A DNA stretch of 64,000 nucleotides from Octopus vulgaris (lineage: Eukaryota): contig OX597820.1 in the NCBI GenBank assembly GCA_951406725.2, positions 83,638,001 to 83,702,000 on the forward strand, read 5' to 3'. Both the position numbers and the translations under genes were made by a program. The first letter of the stretch is position 1; the number at the start of each line of letters is the position of its first letter. Under the pieces are notes generated by a model. That model searched no databases. It was not told where the DNA came from and saw only the letters and a list, made by a program, of their open reading frames with translations. Positions 13,354 to 28,660 of this stretch are shown here, in pieces.

Positions 13354-14290
13354 TTATTTCTTTTAAATTGCCACAAATGCATTACATAGAGGAGCCACTA
13401 CAACACATGTGGGGACATATAACAATTAAATAAAATATGATGCTATGAATGATATAAAATGAACATTAAAATCATTAAAATCAAAATATTAAATTAACGA
13501 TACATCAATGATGACTAAGAAATAAGAATATGTGAAAAGTGTGTTACTCACCCCACATTGAGTAACACCACTCGCCACCTCTGAGTCCTGAGTCTTCTTT
13601 AGACTTTGGTCTAATCTTTCCTTTACCGTTTTCCCCATCGCTGAGTGACAACATTCTCTCCACCGTATACACGTAACCTTTTTCACCCGGAGAGAGGTCT
13701 TGTAAATTTTGTTGTATCTGTTCTTTCCTCTTTTATTCCTGTAGGGAGAAGGGGTTATGTGGGTTTGGTGACTGTACGTGGAGGGTGGGTATGAGTGGTC
13801 TTGGGTGGGATTGATATGGTATCCGATCCCACGTCACACTGACTGTTTTTCCTAGTCTTTCTCTTTTCCCTATTATTCTCTGTCAATGTCCATTCATCCT
13901 CCTTGTTCCTTCAATCTATATGTACCTTTTCCTTTTTCTCCTCCGTCTCCACCACTGCTTTTTCTATCGTTTTCTTCTATGGAGGGCAGTGCACTCTAAT
14001 GTGGCCCTTTTGGCCACATTGAAAGCAGCGCGGGATTCTGCTTTCCACCCACACTCTTAGAACCATATCGTCCAAGGATACTGCAAAATTTCCAATTAGT
14101 AGCTCAGTGCCTACTAGAGGAAAATAATTAGATCTTTTGTAATCACTCCAGTGGTGGGCAACCGTTTGCTAGGCATGGCATAGTGTGACCTCGTTGGTAA
14201 TATATAGAAAATCCAGTGACGTACAATCACTCACCTTGTAACTAGCAAACCAGTCCGTTATAATGTCTCTGTTCTAGGAAGCATACGCAG
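13354..14290 (-). mobile_element. Second ORF1-only CCHC element, 5'-truncated
   Basis: The reverse strand encodes VWVESRIPR-CFQCGQKGHIRVHC (13986-14027). Its 3' terminus resembles that of the 10619 element. Confidence 0.6.
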
Positions 14291-14307
14291 CAAGTATAAT
14301 GTATGTA

Positions 14308-14417
14308 TAGGAGTGTGGTATGTAGCTTGCTTACCGACCACATGGTTCCGCGTTCAGTCTCGGGCCGGCCAAAGCCTTGTGAGTGGATTTGGTAGAGGAA
14401 ACTGAAAAGCGCCCGTC

Positions 14418-14461
<44 letters not shown>

Positions 14462-14670
14462 TATATATATATATTTATATATATACATATATATATATAT
14501 ATGTGTGTGTGTGTGTATTTGTGCGAATATGTTTATCCCCCCCCCCAAATCACGGGACAACCTATGCTGGTATGTTTACGTCCCCATAATTTAGTGATTC
14601 GGCAAAAGTGACCGATACAATAAGTACTTGTTTTACAGAGAATAAGTCCTGGGGTTGATTTTTTTGGGAG
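14308..14670 (+). mobile_element. tRNA-derived SINE (family A)
   Basis: Same core as 12945-13352 and 52105-52490, with an internal deletion. Confidence 0.75.
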
Positions 14671-15589
14671 TTAATTGACTGAAAAAAGTCAAAGAATATA
14701 TATACTTGTTTGTGTGTGTATGTGTGTGTGTGTGTGTGTTTGTGTGTGTGAGTATTTATACTTAGCAAGTGCTTAGAACGATCCAAATAGCCCGGTTTAG
14801 GAAGTTAGTAATTCTAGGTGTTTATACAGATAGTGCAGGTGGAAAAAGTGGACAATCTGCTTCTAATAAAGTTTATTAACCATATTAAGTATTGCATTTC
14901 GTCCCACATCGAAATCAAGAGAAATATCGGTAAGTCGACAGTCACCATATTTTCACAGTTTAGCAACCAAATTTGGTAAACCTGCAGATAAAAATCTAAG
15001 AATGTAAATAACAGACGCTACAAATATTTCATAACTAAAACAATGTTTCTTATATAGCTTGTAACACATAAAACCTGCTTAGCCAATCATTGGTTTGTCT
15101 TACCTTAAAATTGTTTACACTGTCTCGTGGAAATAAATAGATAAATGATTCATCAGTCTAGAAACAGCCTACATAACAATATGTGTATTTATTTATTTGT
15201 AAATGTACAATTATTTTCGTCTTGTTATATAGCCGAAAGTATTCGTCAGTTGTATATGTATCATTCTAGCTTTCTTGTTCTGTTTCCCACCCTTGTTTTC
15301 GTTCTTGTGTACAATCGTTTGCTTTTCCCCGAAGCTGAATGCTTTTAGCTTAACGCACTGCTATTTGTCGGATTCAAGCCGTCTCGAGGATAAATGAATG
15401 CGAAACCGCTAGAACGTTCCGAATGGTGATGAAATTCGCTGCGAATGGTCCGTGTATATTGTTTTTGTCTAGTTTCCCGTTTGTTATATTATTCTCTATT
15501 TTTCCATATGTCGTTGTTTGTCGTGTTCTTTCTGCCCTACCCATCATTGATATATATATATATATATACATACTTAGATATGTTTCGAC

Positions 15590-16030
15590 CAAAGATTAGC
15601 CCAGGGCATGTCTTACTTAATAGTATCACATGATAGGATTATCTAAATCCTTTTATATTACAGTTTTGTGGTGTCATGGTCCATTCGAGTAGGGAGTTCT
15701 TGTTCTATCCGGGTATAGGTATTTTATCTTGTATTCTTTCTCGAAATTTGTCAAGATTCCGTTTAAAGGTAATGAGATCCTCTTCCTCACTGATATGTGT
15801 CGGGACAATGTTAAATAGGGCAGGGCCTGTTGAGGAAACGAATTTGTGTTGCAGTGTATATATGACTTGTGATCCCTGAATTGGGTAGGAGACTTATAGT
15901 CCGTGGTCTTAGCCTTGGATGAATTTTCATGCTAACGTTCAGGTCGTTTCGGCAATACTGGTGGTATATTCTACACATCGAGCAAATGATGTATCGCTCA
16001 CGATGGCTTTGGAAAGATTGGAGTGTATGT
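15590..16030 (-). mobile_element. CR1-group LINE 3' fragment
   Basis: Reverse strand: FQSHRERYII..MCRI..NDLN..HPR, then TGPALFNIVP..FKRNLDKF...IPIPG, matching the C-terminal ORF2 signature (LQRRRERY...). Confidence 0.7.
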
Positions 16031-16079
16031 ATATACATGTGTGTGCGAGTGTGCGCGCGCGCGCGTGAGTGTGTGTGTG

Positions 16080-16843
16080 AGGCACCATCTTAAATTTGTA
16101 TTTACCAAAATTATATAAAAAGTATCTTGAAATTTATTTTTAAAAATCACCATTGGATTCAACCACGGCTTCCAGACGACTTCGGAATATCCTGCAAATC
16201 CTCTGAACGGTCTCCATGTTGAAGTTGGTGAATCTTTGCCTTCAGTTCATATTTGGTATTACAAGTAGTTTTGTTGGTTTTCGTGCAGCTGCACCCCACA
16301 CATAATAATGAAGGAATTTGCAGTATGGGTGGTTAGGTGTCGAGATATTCAGGGTGATGTGGTCGCAAAAGTTGTCTGGCAGCCATGACTGGGTCCTCTT
16401 GCTTATGTGGCATAGGGTCGCCCATCAGCCACCTCTTGACCCAGAGCAGCATTATTTCCTCCAGGCACTTTATGTAGGCCTACGTATTGAATGTGAGGCC
16501 GTGTGAGATGAAAGAGTGGAGGCATAACGTCACCTCACCAGTGATCACTTCAAACACCATGGTGTTTGATTTTATCACTCTCGGTACACGTTCCCAGATT
16601 CCGCTGTCCTTAAATTGACATCCAAACACTCTGAAATGTTCGTATTAGAGTTTCCAGTTTGAATGTCAAGCAGTACACAAAGCCGTTTTCAAATTTCTGG
16701 CAGAATTAAGTGCTGTTTTTCTTACAGACGGCGCCCAACTAACCCAACTATAAAGTGTAGTCAACAAAATTTAAAAAAAAAACGATGCTCATACGCGAAA
16801 TTACAAATATAAAATGGTGGGAACTCACCCGTCGCACTCTGTA
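16080..16843 (-). mobile_element. Tc1/mariner remnant (DD37D-like), deleted
   Basis: Reverse strand TPNHPYCKFLHYYVWGA (WPPNSPDCNPLDYYVWG-like). TIR-like end CACTCTG-TA. Related to 47290-47831. Confidence 0.7.
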
Positions 16844-16961
16844 TATGTATGTGTATATATACAAAGTTAGGGGTTATGGATGCAACCAACTAAGGGATAG
16901 TACATATGTGTAAGTGTGTGTGTGCGTGCGTGTGCGTGTTTGTTTGTGTGTGTGTGTGTGT

Positions 16962-17260
16962 GAGGTGCAATGTCCCGGTGGTTAGGGCAGCGGACTCGCA
17001 GTCGTAAGATCACGGTTTCGATTCCCAGACCGGGCGTTGTGAGTGTTTATTGAGCGAAAACTCCTAAAGCTCCACGTGGTTCCGGCGGGAGGTGGTGGCG
17101 ATCCCTGCTGTACCCGTTCGCCACAACTTTCTCTGAATCTTTCATCTGTTGGCCTGCTCGCTTAGCCAGCGGATAGGCGTCATTTGAAGGCTAAATCAAC
17201 GCGCAGCGCATTGTGACCAGCGATGTGTCGCAACATTTTCTAGCTTGGTCGGTCACGGTG
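16962..17260 (+). mobile_element. tRNA-derived SINE (family C)
   Basis: A-box-like TGTCCCGGTGGTTAGG and B-box GTTTCGATTCCC. The head is homologous to 43335-43500. Confidence 0.7.
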
Positions 17261-17270
17261 TTCCAAGTGG

Positions 17271-17420
17271 TGAAGGAGCGTGGATCAGTGGCTAGGGCAT
17301 TCTGCTCACGATCGTAAGGTCTTAAGTTCAATTCCCGCCGGCGCGATGTCCTCGAGCAAGAGACTTTATTTCACATTGCTCCAGTCCACTCCGCTAGCAA
17401 AAATGAGTAGTACCTGTATA
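17271..17420 (+). mobile_element. tRNA-derived SINE head fragment
   Basis: TGGATCAGTGGCTAGG...GTTCAATTCCC boxes followed by a GAGCAAGAGACTTTATTTCAC body. Confidence 0.55.
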
Positions 17421-17422
17421 CC

Positions 17423-18021
17423 ATAGGTGATATGCCAGCCCAGACTATCGTGAAAATTCAGAAAGCCTTCAGAGATGATGCTAATGGAAAAACAAATAAA
17501 GGAGAGTTAAGACCGCTATAAATATGTCCGCACTTCAGTGAACAGTGAGCCGTGTTGTGGCAGACCATCGACTAGTAGAGACGACCAAATGACCGCAAAG
17601 GTTCGAAATGTGATTGTTTGCAAGGTTCAAATTAGTCAGTTTAGTCAGTTCAATCCGCGCACGTCGTCCAAGTATTCCTCGTCAAACAAAGCACACCACT
17701 TGTTCGTCAGTCTTCGTGCTCCTCCGATTTGGCACCGTGTGATTCTTAGTTATCACCCATGCTAAAAAAAAACACACAAAAAAACACCCAAACGGAGAAG
17801 ATTTGTGTCAACAGAGAACGTTAAGCACGCTTCGACGGCACATCACTACAGCATTCCAAAACGTGATTTCCAGAAATGTTTCCAGCAGTGGTAGTGTTGG
17901 AAGCAGAAATGACTCCCAAGGTGAATACTTTGAAGGAGATAAAATGAAAATGGTGAGTTTCTTTTTTTAATATTACTTGTTTTCGGCCAAAGGTCGGATA
18001 CTTTTTGACTACCCCTCTTAT
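17423..18021 (+). mobile_element. Internally deleted mariner element
   Basis: N-terminal HTH remnant (TIVKIQKAFRDDA..; EPCCGRPSTSR), C-terminal remnant and 3' TIR GTCGGATACTTTTTGACTACCCCTC-TTA. Confidence 0.7.
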
Positions 18022-19307
18022 ACTATATTGATGCCTTATAAGGCACACTTTTCCTTTGAAAATGCAATGTCCCCTGAAAATCAGCAAGCGTAACATATGA
18101 CGAGTTGTGCTTACCATATTTTTCAATGTTCTAAAATCGTGATTCCTGAATATTTACTGAAATTGGTGCGTCATATATGCCCTTAAATTTTTATTTATCA
18201 ATTACGGGAAGGCAAGCTTCAACTAATCACTGAGTATAATGTTTTCTATAACTCGCATTGATCAACGTCTCCATAAATAAAAAAAAATGTTATAGTATAT
18301 TGGCTTTGCTTTAAGGTTTTCAACTTTAAGCGTTCAATGCAAAATATAGGCATATAACAGTGACTAGATACGTGTCGATTAATGTCCCTCCGTTTAGTAA
18401 GAATTTGAAATTATATAACAGAAACCCATATATCCGCAGTTGTTTAGCCTTCGATTTTGTATTGAGCAGTGATATTTGAATCTCCGAAAAGATCAATCAT
18501 TTAAGCGGTGTAAAGTTTGTGAATATATTAATGAAAGCAAATTATTTACTAAGTTACAAGTAAGAATTGGCTGAAGCTTCTTCATCAAAACATTTTCAGT
18601 ACGATAAACCGCGATAAAGCCGTGAGCAACAAGCTTACGTGACAGAATTAACACAAAATTTCGAATTAGTAAATATCTGCCTATGAAAGACGCTACGGAA
18701 TTTGCACAATGTTGGTTATGACGATGGTGATGATTACATGTTATTCATGAAAGGAATGAAATAATAACGAGGAAAATTTAAAATAGCAATTGATTTTGTG
18801 ACTTAGGTATAAGATTAGGTACAGAGTGAATATAGTTAGTCACATCTGAACGAGTAATGAAATTGAGCTGACTAATAAACAATATAGTGTTACGGGCAAC
18901 AACTTCTGTAAAAGCTGGAGCGTCCATGGCTGTTATTTTGGATCATGTGTAAGAACTCACCAGGTGAGATACAATTTTTTTTTTGTAAAATTAATATTGT
19001 GCTGCAAGAAATTAAATCCTGTTGAGGTACCATGAAAGATAATTAAATGCACTTTTAAAAACCTAATATTGGATGACTAACCCATGCAAAAAAGGACGTC
19101 AGGTTTTTACAGAGTCACGAAAAGGCTACAGGACTACATCTAATTAGTTTCAGCTAAAGGAAAGTGTTCCAGAAAACTATTCACTACAGATTCTATAAAC
19201 ACACACACACATACACACACATACACACACACACACAAATACTGACGGACACATATATATATTATATTGTTATATATACATATATACACATATATAACGT
19301 ATACATA

Positions 19308-19345
<38 letters not shown>

Positions 19346-19735
19346 CGTATTTATGTGATATGCATAAATGTAGTGTATACACAATCATTTGAATACAATG
19401 CAGACTTGATCAGAATATAATTACAATAAAATAGTAGTACAGGCACAAATATTTATATACTTTTACACCCATAGCAAATAACATCTCTTCCACAATGTCA
19501 TGCACGGGCAGAAACAGGCGAACGCGCGCCTACACATACACACAGAAACACACGCACACGCAAACACACATATTCACACACAACAAAGTGCTAGTCAGCA
19601 GAAACATTCTCACCTGAAGGTGTGTGTAGAACCAGTATTAAAAGATACATAAAGACATGCGAGAGAGAAAGAGATAAATACGTTCAGTTTAGCTGGAATA
19701 TACGTACAGAATTGCTTGGAAACATCGAAATACAC

Positions 19736-19782
<47 letters not shown>

Positions 19783-19957
19783 TATATATGTATATGTATG
19801 TATATATTTATATGTATATATATAAATATGCATGTATATGTGTTTTTATATATTTATATATATGTATATGTTTTTCTGTGTGTATGAACCGATAGATGGA
19901 TGTGCATGAGAGCACACGCGTGTATTTCAATATAGGTGTATAATTGTATGCATATAT

Positions 19958-20055
<98 letters not shown>

Positions 20056-20906
20056 TCACACATACACACATATATTTACTTAAAATTACATATTTACTTG
20101 TATGTATACTCACACATTCACGCATGTATGCTACTGATCATTCACCAACAATGAGTCAAGTATATTTAGTATTAACCGCCTGCAGTCACAGACAAGCATT
20201 TTCTGAATATATTTAAGCAAGGAGAGACACGAACGCACGCAGATAGACACACGCAGGGGCACATAGTAACGCACTGAAGAATCAAGTGGCCTACAGCCTT
20301 GCATATTCACATATTAGAGACACATTACATCATTCACACACAGATATTATTTTTCAGTATTCACGAAAACCTCTCTTGAACTAACACATTGACGTTTGCT
20401 CTAAGCCGTAAATAAAAATTTAATTAAAATTTCTCCACAGTCTATACAGATTTTTCAAGTAAATTCAATTTTCGAAAATTGCTTTTTTTTATTGATTTTT
20501 GTTTGGCATAGAAATAATTTATCCTATATCCAGGAAGGCTTCTTCGAATCTAATATATTCAAATTAGTCATGATATTGATAAACTATATAATGGCAAGAA
20601 TAATTAAAATGGCTTGTGTCTTATTTATTTAAGTATTTGATTATTTATTTCGTTTTACATTTTTTTTGTTTAGGTTTCATATCGCGCTTTTCTTTTTATA
20701 ATTATATTTTAAGATGTTTGTAACTTTATATTATGGAAAGTCTATTATAAATCATGCAAGGTGGTTTAATTTACAATTTGAATTAAACGAGTATTGTCTG
20801 TGCTCTACTATGAATACACACGCAACCATACGTATACACTTGAATACACAAACGTACAATCACATGCATCCAGGGAAATACCGTATGATTGTATGTATAT
20901 AAATGC

Positions 20907-20956
<50 letters not shown>

Positions 20957-21573
20957 GTATGTGTGTACACATCTAGAACATATACGTATATATCTTATAC
21001 AAATTTCGATATAAACGCATTACGTATGTACATATACATATATTATAAACACATATATACATACATACATATATATATGCATATATGTTCTTATATAAGC
21101 ATATGCCATATAAATATACTGACATACATATATCTATATATGAATATAATCAAAGAAGAATACTAATTTTGTCTTTATAACAGTAAGTTTAAATACCATT
21201 CCTTTGCCACAACGACGTTATAGGTTAATATATATGTACGTGTCAGCTGGTGTTTCTTCTATTTTTAATTACATAATTATTGAATGAAGTTCAAGTCTGC
21301 CAGACTAAGTATTCATTTTCCTCATGATGTTTCATTGATTTATAAGTTTTTAAGTATTCACTCGCAGCACTTAAACATTGGTAGACCACTAAATGACAGC
21401 ACCATGATCTGAATAGTAAGTGACATGTTTCTACCCTTCAGGTAAAAGGTTCTGTTATATGTAAAAGAAAGGAATCCTTTATCCACTAATATACACGTAT
21501 ATGTACTTACATATATATGCGTATATACGCACGTGTACGCACACGCATATTCACACACTCACACACACACACA

Positions 21574-21619
<46 letters not shown>

Positions 21620-23557
21620 ATATATAAAAATTTACACAAGTACATATATATATACATAGATATATGTATAGAGAGATATACACGTATATGTAAGTAATTA
21701 TGTACATGTACATAAATATGTATAAAATGTGAAAACGTAGTCGTAGTTATACATGCATGCATGTTCATATTTATCTCTAACCATGCGTATATTGTGTGTC
21801 TATCTGCATGATTGTATATATGTATGTGTATGAATGCACACTATGGGCACTTACATACTTAATACACATTTTAAAGGTTACAGCGAGTTTACGCTTTACA
21901 TTTAGTTTGAGGTAATGACTTTGCTACGTCTTCAGTTAGAATAAACTATTTGTTAGCACTACAATTTTACTTGCAAATGAACAACCAAAATGAAATGAAT
22001 ATCGGTGTTAGGCATCCGAATAGTAACACACAACGCAAATCATGATAAAGTATCGCACGTAAAGAGATATAATAGAATCAACCTGGATTTGCCAGAATAA
22101 TATCTTTTCAATTGTGTATTGCGAAAATTAATTTGTGAAAGTCTGGAAACGCCATACAATAGGATTCAGAAAAAGATTTTGTCCCAAACCAAACAGTACA
22201 AATAAAGGAAATGGAAGAAAACAACAGGAAAAAGAATTTTCTGCATAACTGTGTTTTAAATATTTATGCACACACACGAGAATTTGTCTCCGAACTCGGG
22301 TTTCACGCCACTGTGAAATTTAGGCGTTTTGTACTTGTTTCAATTTATATGAAATGATTCAAGTATTCATTTCAATCATTAGCATCATATATGTTCAAAT
22401 CTTCTGGATTGGCTTGTACTCATATAACCATAGACATGTGCAGTGTTATCTATTTCAAAAAATTGATGTAGAACTTTATGTGAAATAAAATAAGTTCGAG
22501 TAAATGATTCGTGGTCTGCTAATCATATGTAACAACTACGTATTTAAAGCAATTCGGTTTTTGTGTACTCGTGCTAACATACTTTAAATCCATTAAGAAA
22601 TCGAAATATTTATTAATATATTGGACTATATTTCGTTCGGCTAATTCCTTATATAATGAAGAAATCTTTACTGTTGACACACCTAAGCTGTATATATTAC
22701 CACCGTTTGAAATAAATCTAGCTATACGTTTTCGCATAAGCCATACCTTATTAGAATCAGATATTTTATGTTATATTTTGTTGCAGACATACATTAACAC
22801 ATCATAATAATGTTTTAATGCAAAATGCCAAACAAGCTCTTTTAAATTAATTGGTGTCGATGCTATTCGTACTTCGAACTGAAATTTGTTATATAAAAAT
22901 GATACTGATATAAATAAAGCAAACACTGGTGCAATTCGATGAATGGGAATCAAGTTTGAATTGCTGTGTGTTGAAACAAATGCAGTTACGTAGTTTTCAG
23001 AAAACTGCCTTTCTGAAGATAAAGGTTGCTTTTAGGAAAATCTTGTCCAATGCAAGTGTATGTTTGAATTTACGTCTTTGGTATTAGCTATCAGATATTT
23101 CAATGTTAGTAAACGCATAGTGACAAATACTTTCAATACATCGTACATTGCTCGTGGATACTCAAATTTTGCAGTCTTGAACTATGACAACCTCTCTTTA
23201 TTTCTCTCTTATTTCTGCAAAAGCGTAAAAAGTAGAAAACAAGTGCGACATGATACGTACCTCCAGATAATGAATTTCAACATGCACTTGATGTTTGATG
23301 TCATTATTTGTCTAACGGAAGAGATATTGTACGCACTCGGCTGCTTAGTTTTAGTGGTTGTGCACGAACAATCAGAGAAGCCGAAAAAAATAAAATTTTC
23401 ATTCTGCTATTAATTTATACTGCTGCACATTAGTCAAAGCAACAGAATGTTCCTAGTGAGATGAACTACCAGAGGCTTCGAATCAATGAAACATACTCAT
23501 ATTTGAGTCTTTGGGCGCTTTAAGAGAGCAAGATGAGAAAGGAAACGACATATAAGC

Positions 23558-24000
<443 letters not shown>

Positions 24001-24001
<1 letters not shown>

Positions 24002-24340
24002 GTGTCTCTAAAAGAAATGGAGAAACTCTCAAAATACAAAGACCTGGAAATAGAGGTAACTAGAATGTGGAATCTGAAAACAGAAACAATTCCTATCATA
24101 GTAGGTGCATTAGGCATGATAAAAAAATATTCAGACAAATACATAACAAAAACACCAGGACTTACAAACACATATAACATACAGAAAATTGCACTACTAG
24201 GCACTGCACACATCCTACGCAGAACGCTTTCCATACAATAACCATCAGAGCATCACAACAAATCACAGCACATACCCAAGGCACACAGAGCTGCGCTCGG
24301 TAGTGAAGTGAAAGAACGCTATAAAAATAAAACTACTGAA
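24001..24340 (+). mobile_element. R4/Dong-type RLE non-LTR retrotransposon 3' fragment in (AAT)n
   Basis: VSLKEMEKLSKYKDLEIEVTRMW..TETIPIIVGALG..IQKIALLGTAHILRRTL is the C-terminus of a restriction-like endonuclease. Flanked by AAT repeats on both sides. Confidence 0.88.
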
Positions 24341-26693
24341 TAATAAAAATAATAATGAGAAGCAGAAGAAGAAGAAGAAGAAGAAGAAGAAGAAGAAGAA
24401 GAAGAAGAAGAAGAAGAAGAAGAAGAAGAAGAAGAAGAAGAAGAAGAAGAAGATATATTAAATATTCACATCTCACATATATGATGCCAGTCACGAGATT
24501 TTCCCACAACACAATCTCACCTACTTCAGCCAGAACAAAAGTGCCCAACGATAACAGAAACTATAGCAACCACAGCAACAGAATCGACGCAACAAAAGTG
24601 GCACAGAAACGCTAACGGCTTCGATTGTGTGCATGTGTGTGAGTGTATGTGTGTGTGTGTGTGTGTGTGCGTGTGTGTGTATGCGTGTGTGTGTATGTGC
24701 GCGTAAATGTTTGTTTATTGCTTCTAAAATAATTTAATAACACTTTAATGAATTTTCGTTAAGGCATTGCATGCACTGGCGTATTCATGGATAACCGGCA
24801 GTAAAAGCTTTGTTGTGTGGTCTATAAAAAGACATAAGTGGAAACATCAAATAAATATATTTTCAATTAGAAATATGCTGTCTTGTGTTTCTGGCAATTC
24901 GTTTCATCTCGACCCCTATTTGACAGTAATCGATAACCTAAATACTGATTTAGATAGAAATAAACGTTCAAGGTTATAGTTTTACTTACACCGTAATAAA
25001 CCTAGATTTACAAGATGTAGACTACATATAACACATTAGATCAATCAGTTGAATATGTACTGTAAATAGAGTCAAGCTAACGCAAATCACATCAGAATTC
25101 AGGGAAAACATTCTGCATACAACGATGAATTATTACAATATGTATTATATGCAAGCTGAACACGGTAGCTAATCGACGTTAACATTCGATATCTATAGTC
25201 GTATAAATGAAAATACAGATACCTTTCTTGGAAGAAAATAACTGCGGGTAAGAATGAAGTGGTCATGTTTAAAACAACTTATATTTTATTAACACGTAGT
25301 ATCCTCTAGTACCCAGCTTTCGTAAGGTAGCCCAAGACGCAGAGAATCAGAAAAATATACGAAATCTGATTTCAGTTATAACACAAGCCTGTTCTACATA
25401 CTGTATTTCAAACAAAGATTGAGAGGTTGATCTATTCTATTACTTGATAGAAGGGCAGGAGTCAATAAACAAAACAATAAATAGGTACTTTTCTTCAGAG
25501 ATGTAGTTAACAGCATTCTAAGTATACATATAAATCTCTTTCAGTTCATCCTATTACTCTTTACATTTCCACATAAGATATTACTTATAATATTTTAGTA
25601 TTCAATTGGAAATTGCTTATAGTATTGTTCATGAATATACTGTGTATGTATGTTCACACATACACGTACATACAAACATACATGTATGTATGTGTGCATG
25701 CCTGTATATAATTTTAACATAACACCCACACACACGTGCATACACATAACTGCATTCATATTTAGTGCAAACGTATACATATAATATACAGACACATATC
25801 GTGTATAATTTTATGCATATATGATTTTCTATATTTGAGTCTGTGTCGTGTATATGCAGTCCACTTGATTGTGTATGTGCGTGATTTTGTGTGTGTGTGT
25901 GTGTGTGTGTGTTTGTGTGTGTGTATATGTTTGTTTGTGTGTGTGTGTGTGTGTGTGTTTATGGAAGTGTGTATGTACGTATGTATGTACACTTTGTATT
26001 CCTGTTTTCCGTTTACATTCTGTTCACCTTTCAGAAACAGAAGTGAAGAGTGTAAAAAATGTTTCCTTTAATTTGTTTTTTTTTTTTTTTTGCATTTTAT
26101 AGTTGAACTTTAGTAGATTTGAAAAAATGATGATGATGATGATGATGATGATGATAATAAAATTCTGGAAATGTCGGTCCCTTAACAACAGAAGAATGAA
26201 TATAAATGGATTTGCCTGGGGCCAACGGCAAATCGTTTACTTATACTGATTTTTACCGCCTTTCTATTTAATGGAATCTTACTATTTGTTTTATCTCCTT
26301 AAGTATACACACATTTATATATGAATGTATGTATATATGCATATACATATGCACGTATGTATGTATGTATGTGTATAGATAATATATATGTATGTGCGTG
26401 TGTGTGTGTGTGTGTGTGTGTATTATGCAAATGTTCAAATAATGCCGTTTCAAGAAAATTCTAAGAATAACAATCACGATATTACTGAAGGTGTGACTGT
26501 ATACTGAAAGTGGATTTAAATCTCTTATGATGACCAAGACGTCATGTTTCACCTAACGGCTTCTACAACCGAGTTGACTGAGCATCCCGCTAAATGTAAT
26601 TTCAAATTCTACGCTCTTAATTTGAATTATCAGTCCCTCTCTCTCTCACTCTCACTCTCTCTCTCTCCCTACGTCTTTCTGTCAGTCTCCATG

Positions 26694-26762
<69 letters not shown>

Positions 26763-26903
26763 CTAAGGTGGAAGAAAGAGTACTCAAATACCAGAGGTAG
26801 AGAGTAATGTGCTGTATTTCGTCGGACAGCTACTGTCCGATGAATGGGAACGTGAAACGCCGAGTAACAGCTTTTGTTATATTTCTGCTGTTTCTAAATA
26901 AAG

Positions 26904-27028
<125 letters not shown>

Positions 27029-27070
27029 TATATTTATGCGCTTCTCTCTCTCATTATCTCTCTCTCTCTC

Positions 27071-27115
<45 letters not shown>

Positions 27116-27692
27116 CTGTGTATGTATATATATAGTTATATATATATGCATATAAATATATATGTGCGTACACAACATATATATATATGTATATGTGAGT
27201 ATATATATATATATATATATATGTCTGTGTATATGTGTATGCATTTACATATACATAACTATATATATAAATGTGTGTATACATATATATATATGTATGT
27301 GTGTGTCAGTGTGTGGGCATGTATGTATGTTTGTATGCACGTTTGTATGCAGACATAGTTGTATATATATTTTTATGTATATGCACGCCTAACTGTATTT
27401 CTGTCTCCTTATCTGTGCGTCAGCTCCTACACATATTTCTCTTTATTCTAAACCAATGTGTGTGTTTGCTTTTCTGAGTGTACCTCTGTGTGTCATATGT
27501 ACCATACTGTTTGTGTGATGCAAAATGATGTTGGCGGTAATTTCGACAAAATTCTCCTACGACTCCCTGTTATTTCCGATAAACATGACTTGAATTAATA
27601 ATGAATGTTTAACACAAGAGAACACAAAAGCCATTATACTGCTGCTACTGCTATTACAACAACATCAATTACTGCTGCTGCTCCTACTACTA

Positions 27693-27798
<106 letters not shown>

Positions 27799-27872
27799 TA
27801 CTGCTGCTGCTTTTGCACTGATTTTTTGTTATTTCCGGCATTTGTCTCTCTCTCTATATATATACGTGGCAT

Positions 27873-27917
<45 letters not shown>

Positions 27918-28289
27918 GTAAGTATGTATGTATGTATATATATGTGTGTTTTATGTTTGTTTGTGTAACTGTGTGTGTGCATGTGCGTGCGTATGCCTGT
28001 GTACCAAGTTCCCTGTTTTTTTTCTTTGTTGCCCTACACATTCGCTAGATTTCTTAGAAAAAAATCTAATGCTCTTAGCTTAGATGTTTTGGGGGGCTTG
28101 GGGGGGTGTCAACTAAAGGGAACAATCTCAAGTATTACTGCCCGAAATTGTAAGGACATATTGTAACTTGACTGACGGAAGAAGGTCACGAATGACCCGT
28201 TCTCTTGTTTCCTGTCCCCTTTATTGTTGGTTTCGTATCCACCTTTATATCTTCCGTCTATCCGGATGTTTAATTGTCGTCTCTCTCTG

Positions 28290-28361
<72 letters not shown>

Positions 28362-28582
28362 GTAAACAACTTGCACATGCAAGTGCTACCAGTCAAGAAC
28401 TCTGCATACTGGAAGCCAGTAATTGCATGGAATCATAAGGAAAGATTACGCACCGTTTCAGTTCCTTCCTCTCGACGGCATCCATAGGCACCGACCCCTC
28501 CTCATTGATATGATCAACTTGATATCAAATAAAGCTAGATCAACTGGATATTACATATATATCAATATTATTCTATACATTG

Positions 28583-28640
<58 letters not shown>

Positions 28641-28660
28641 TATGTATATATATATATATA

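Noticed and set aside
22519-22953. Two in-frame minus-strand ORFs separated by one stop (~145 codons)
   Set aside because: No recognisable motif or splice signals; compatible with chance in AT-rich DNA.
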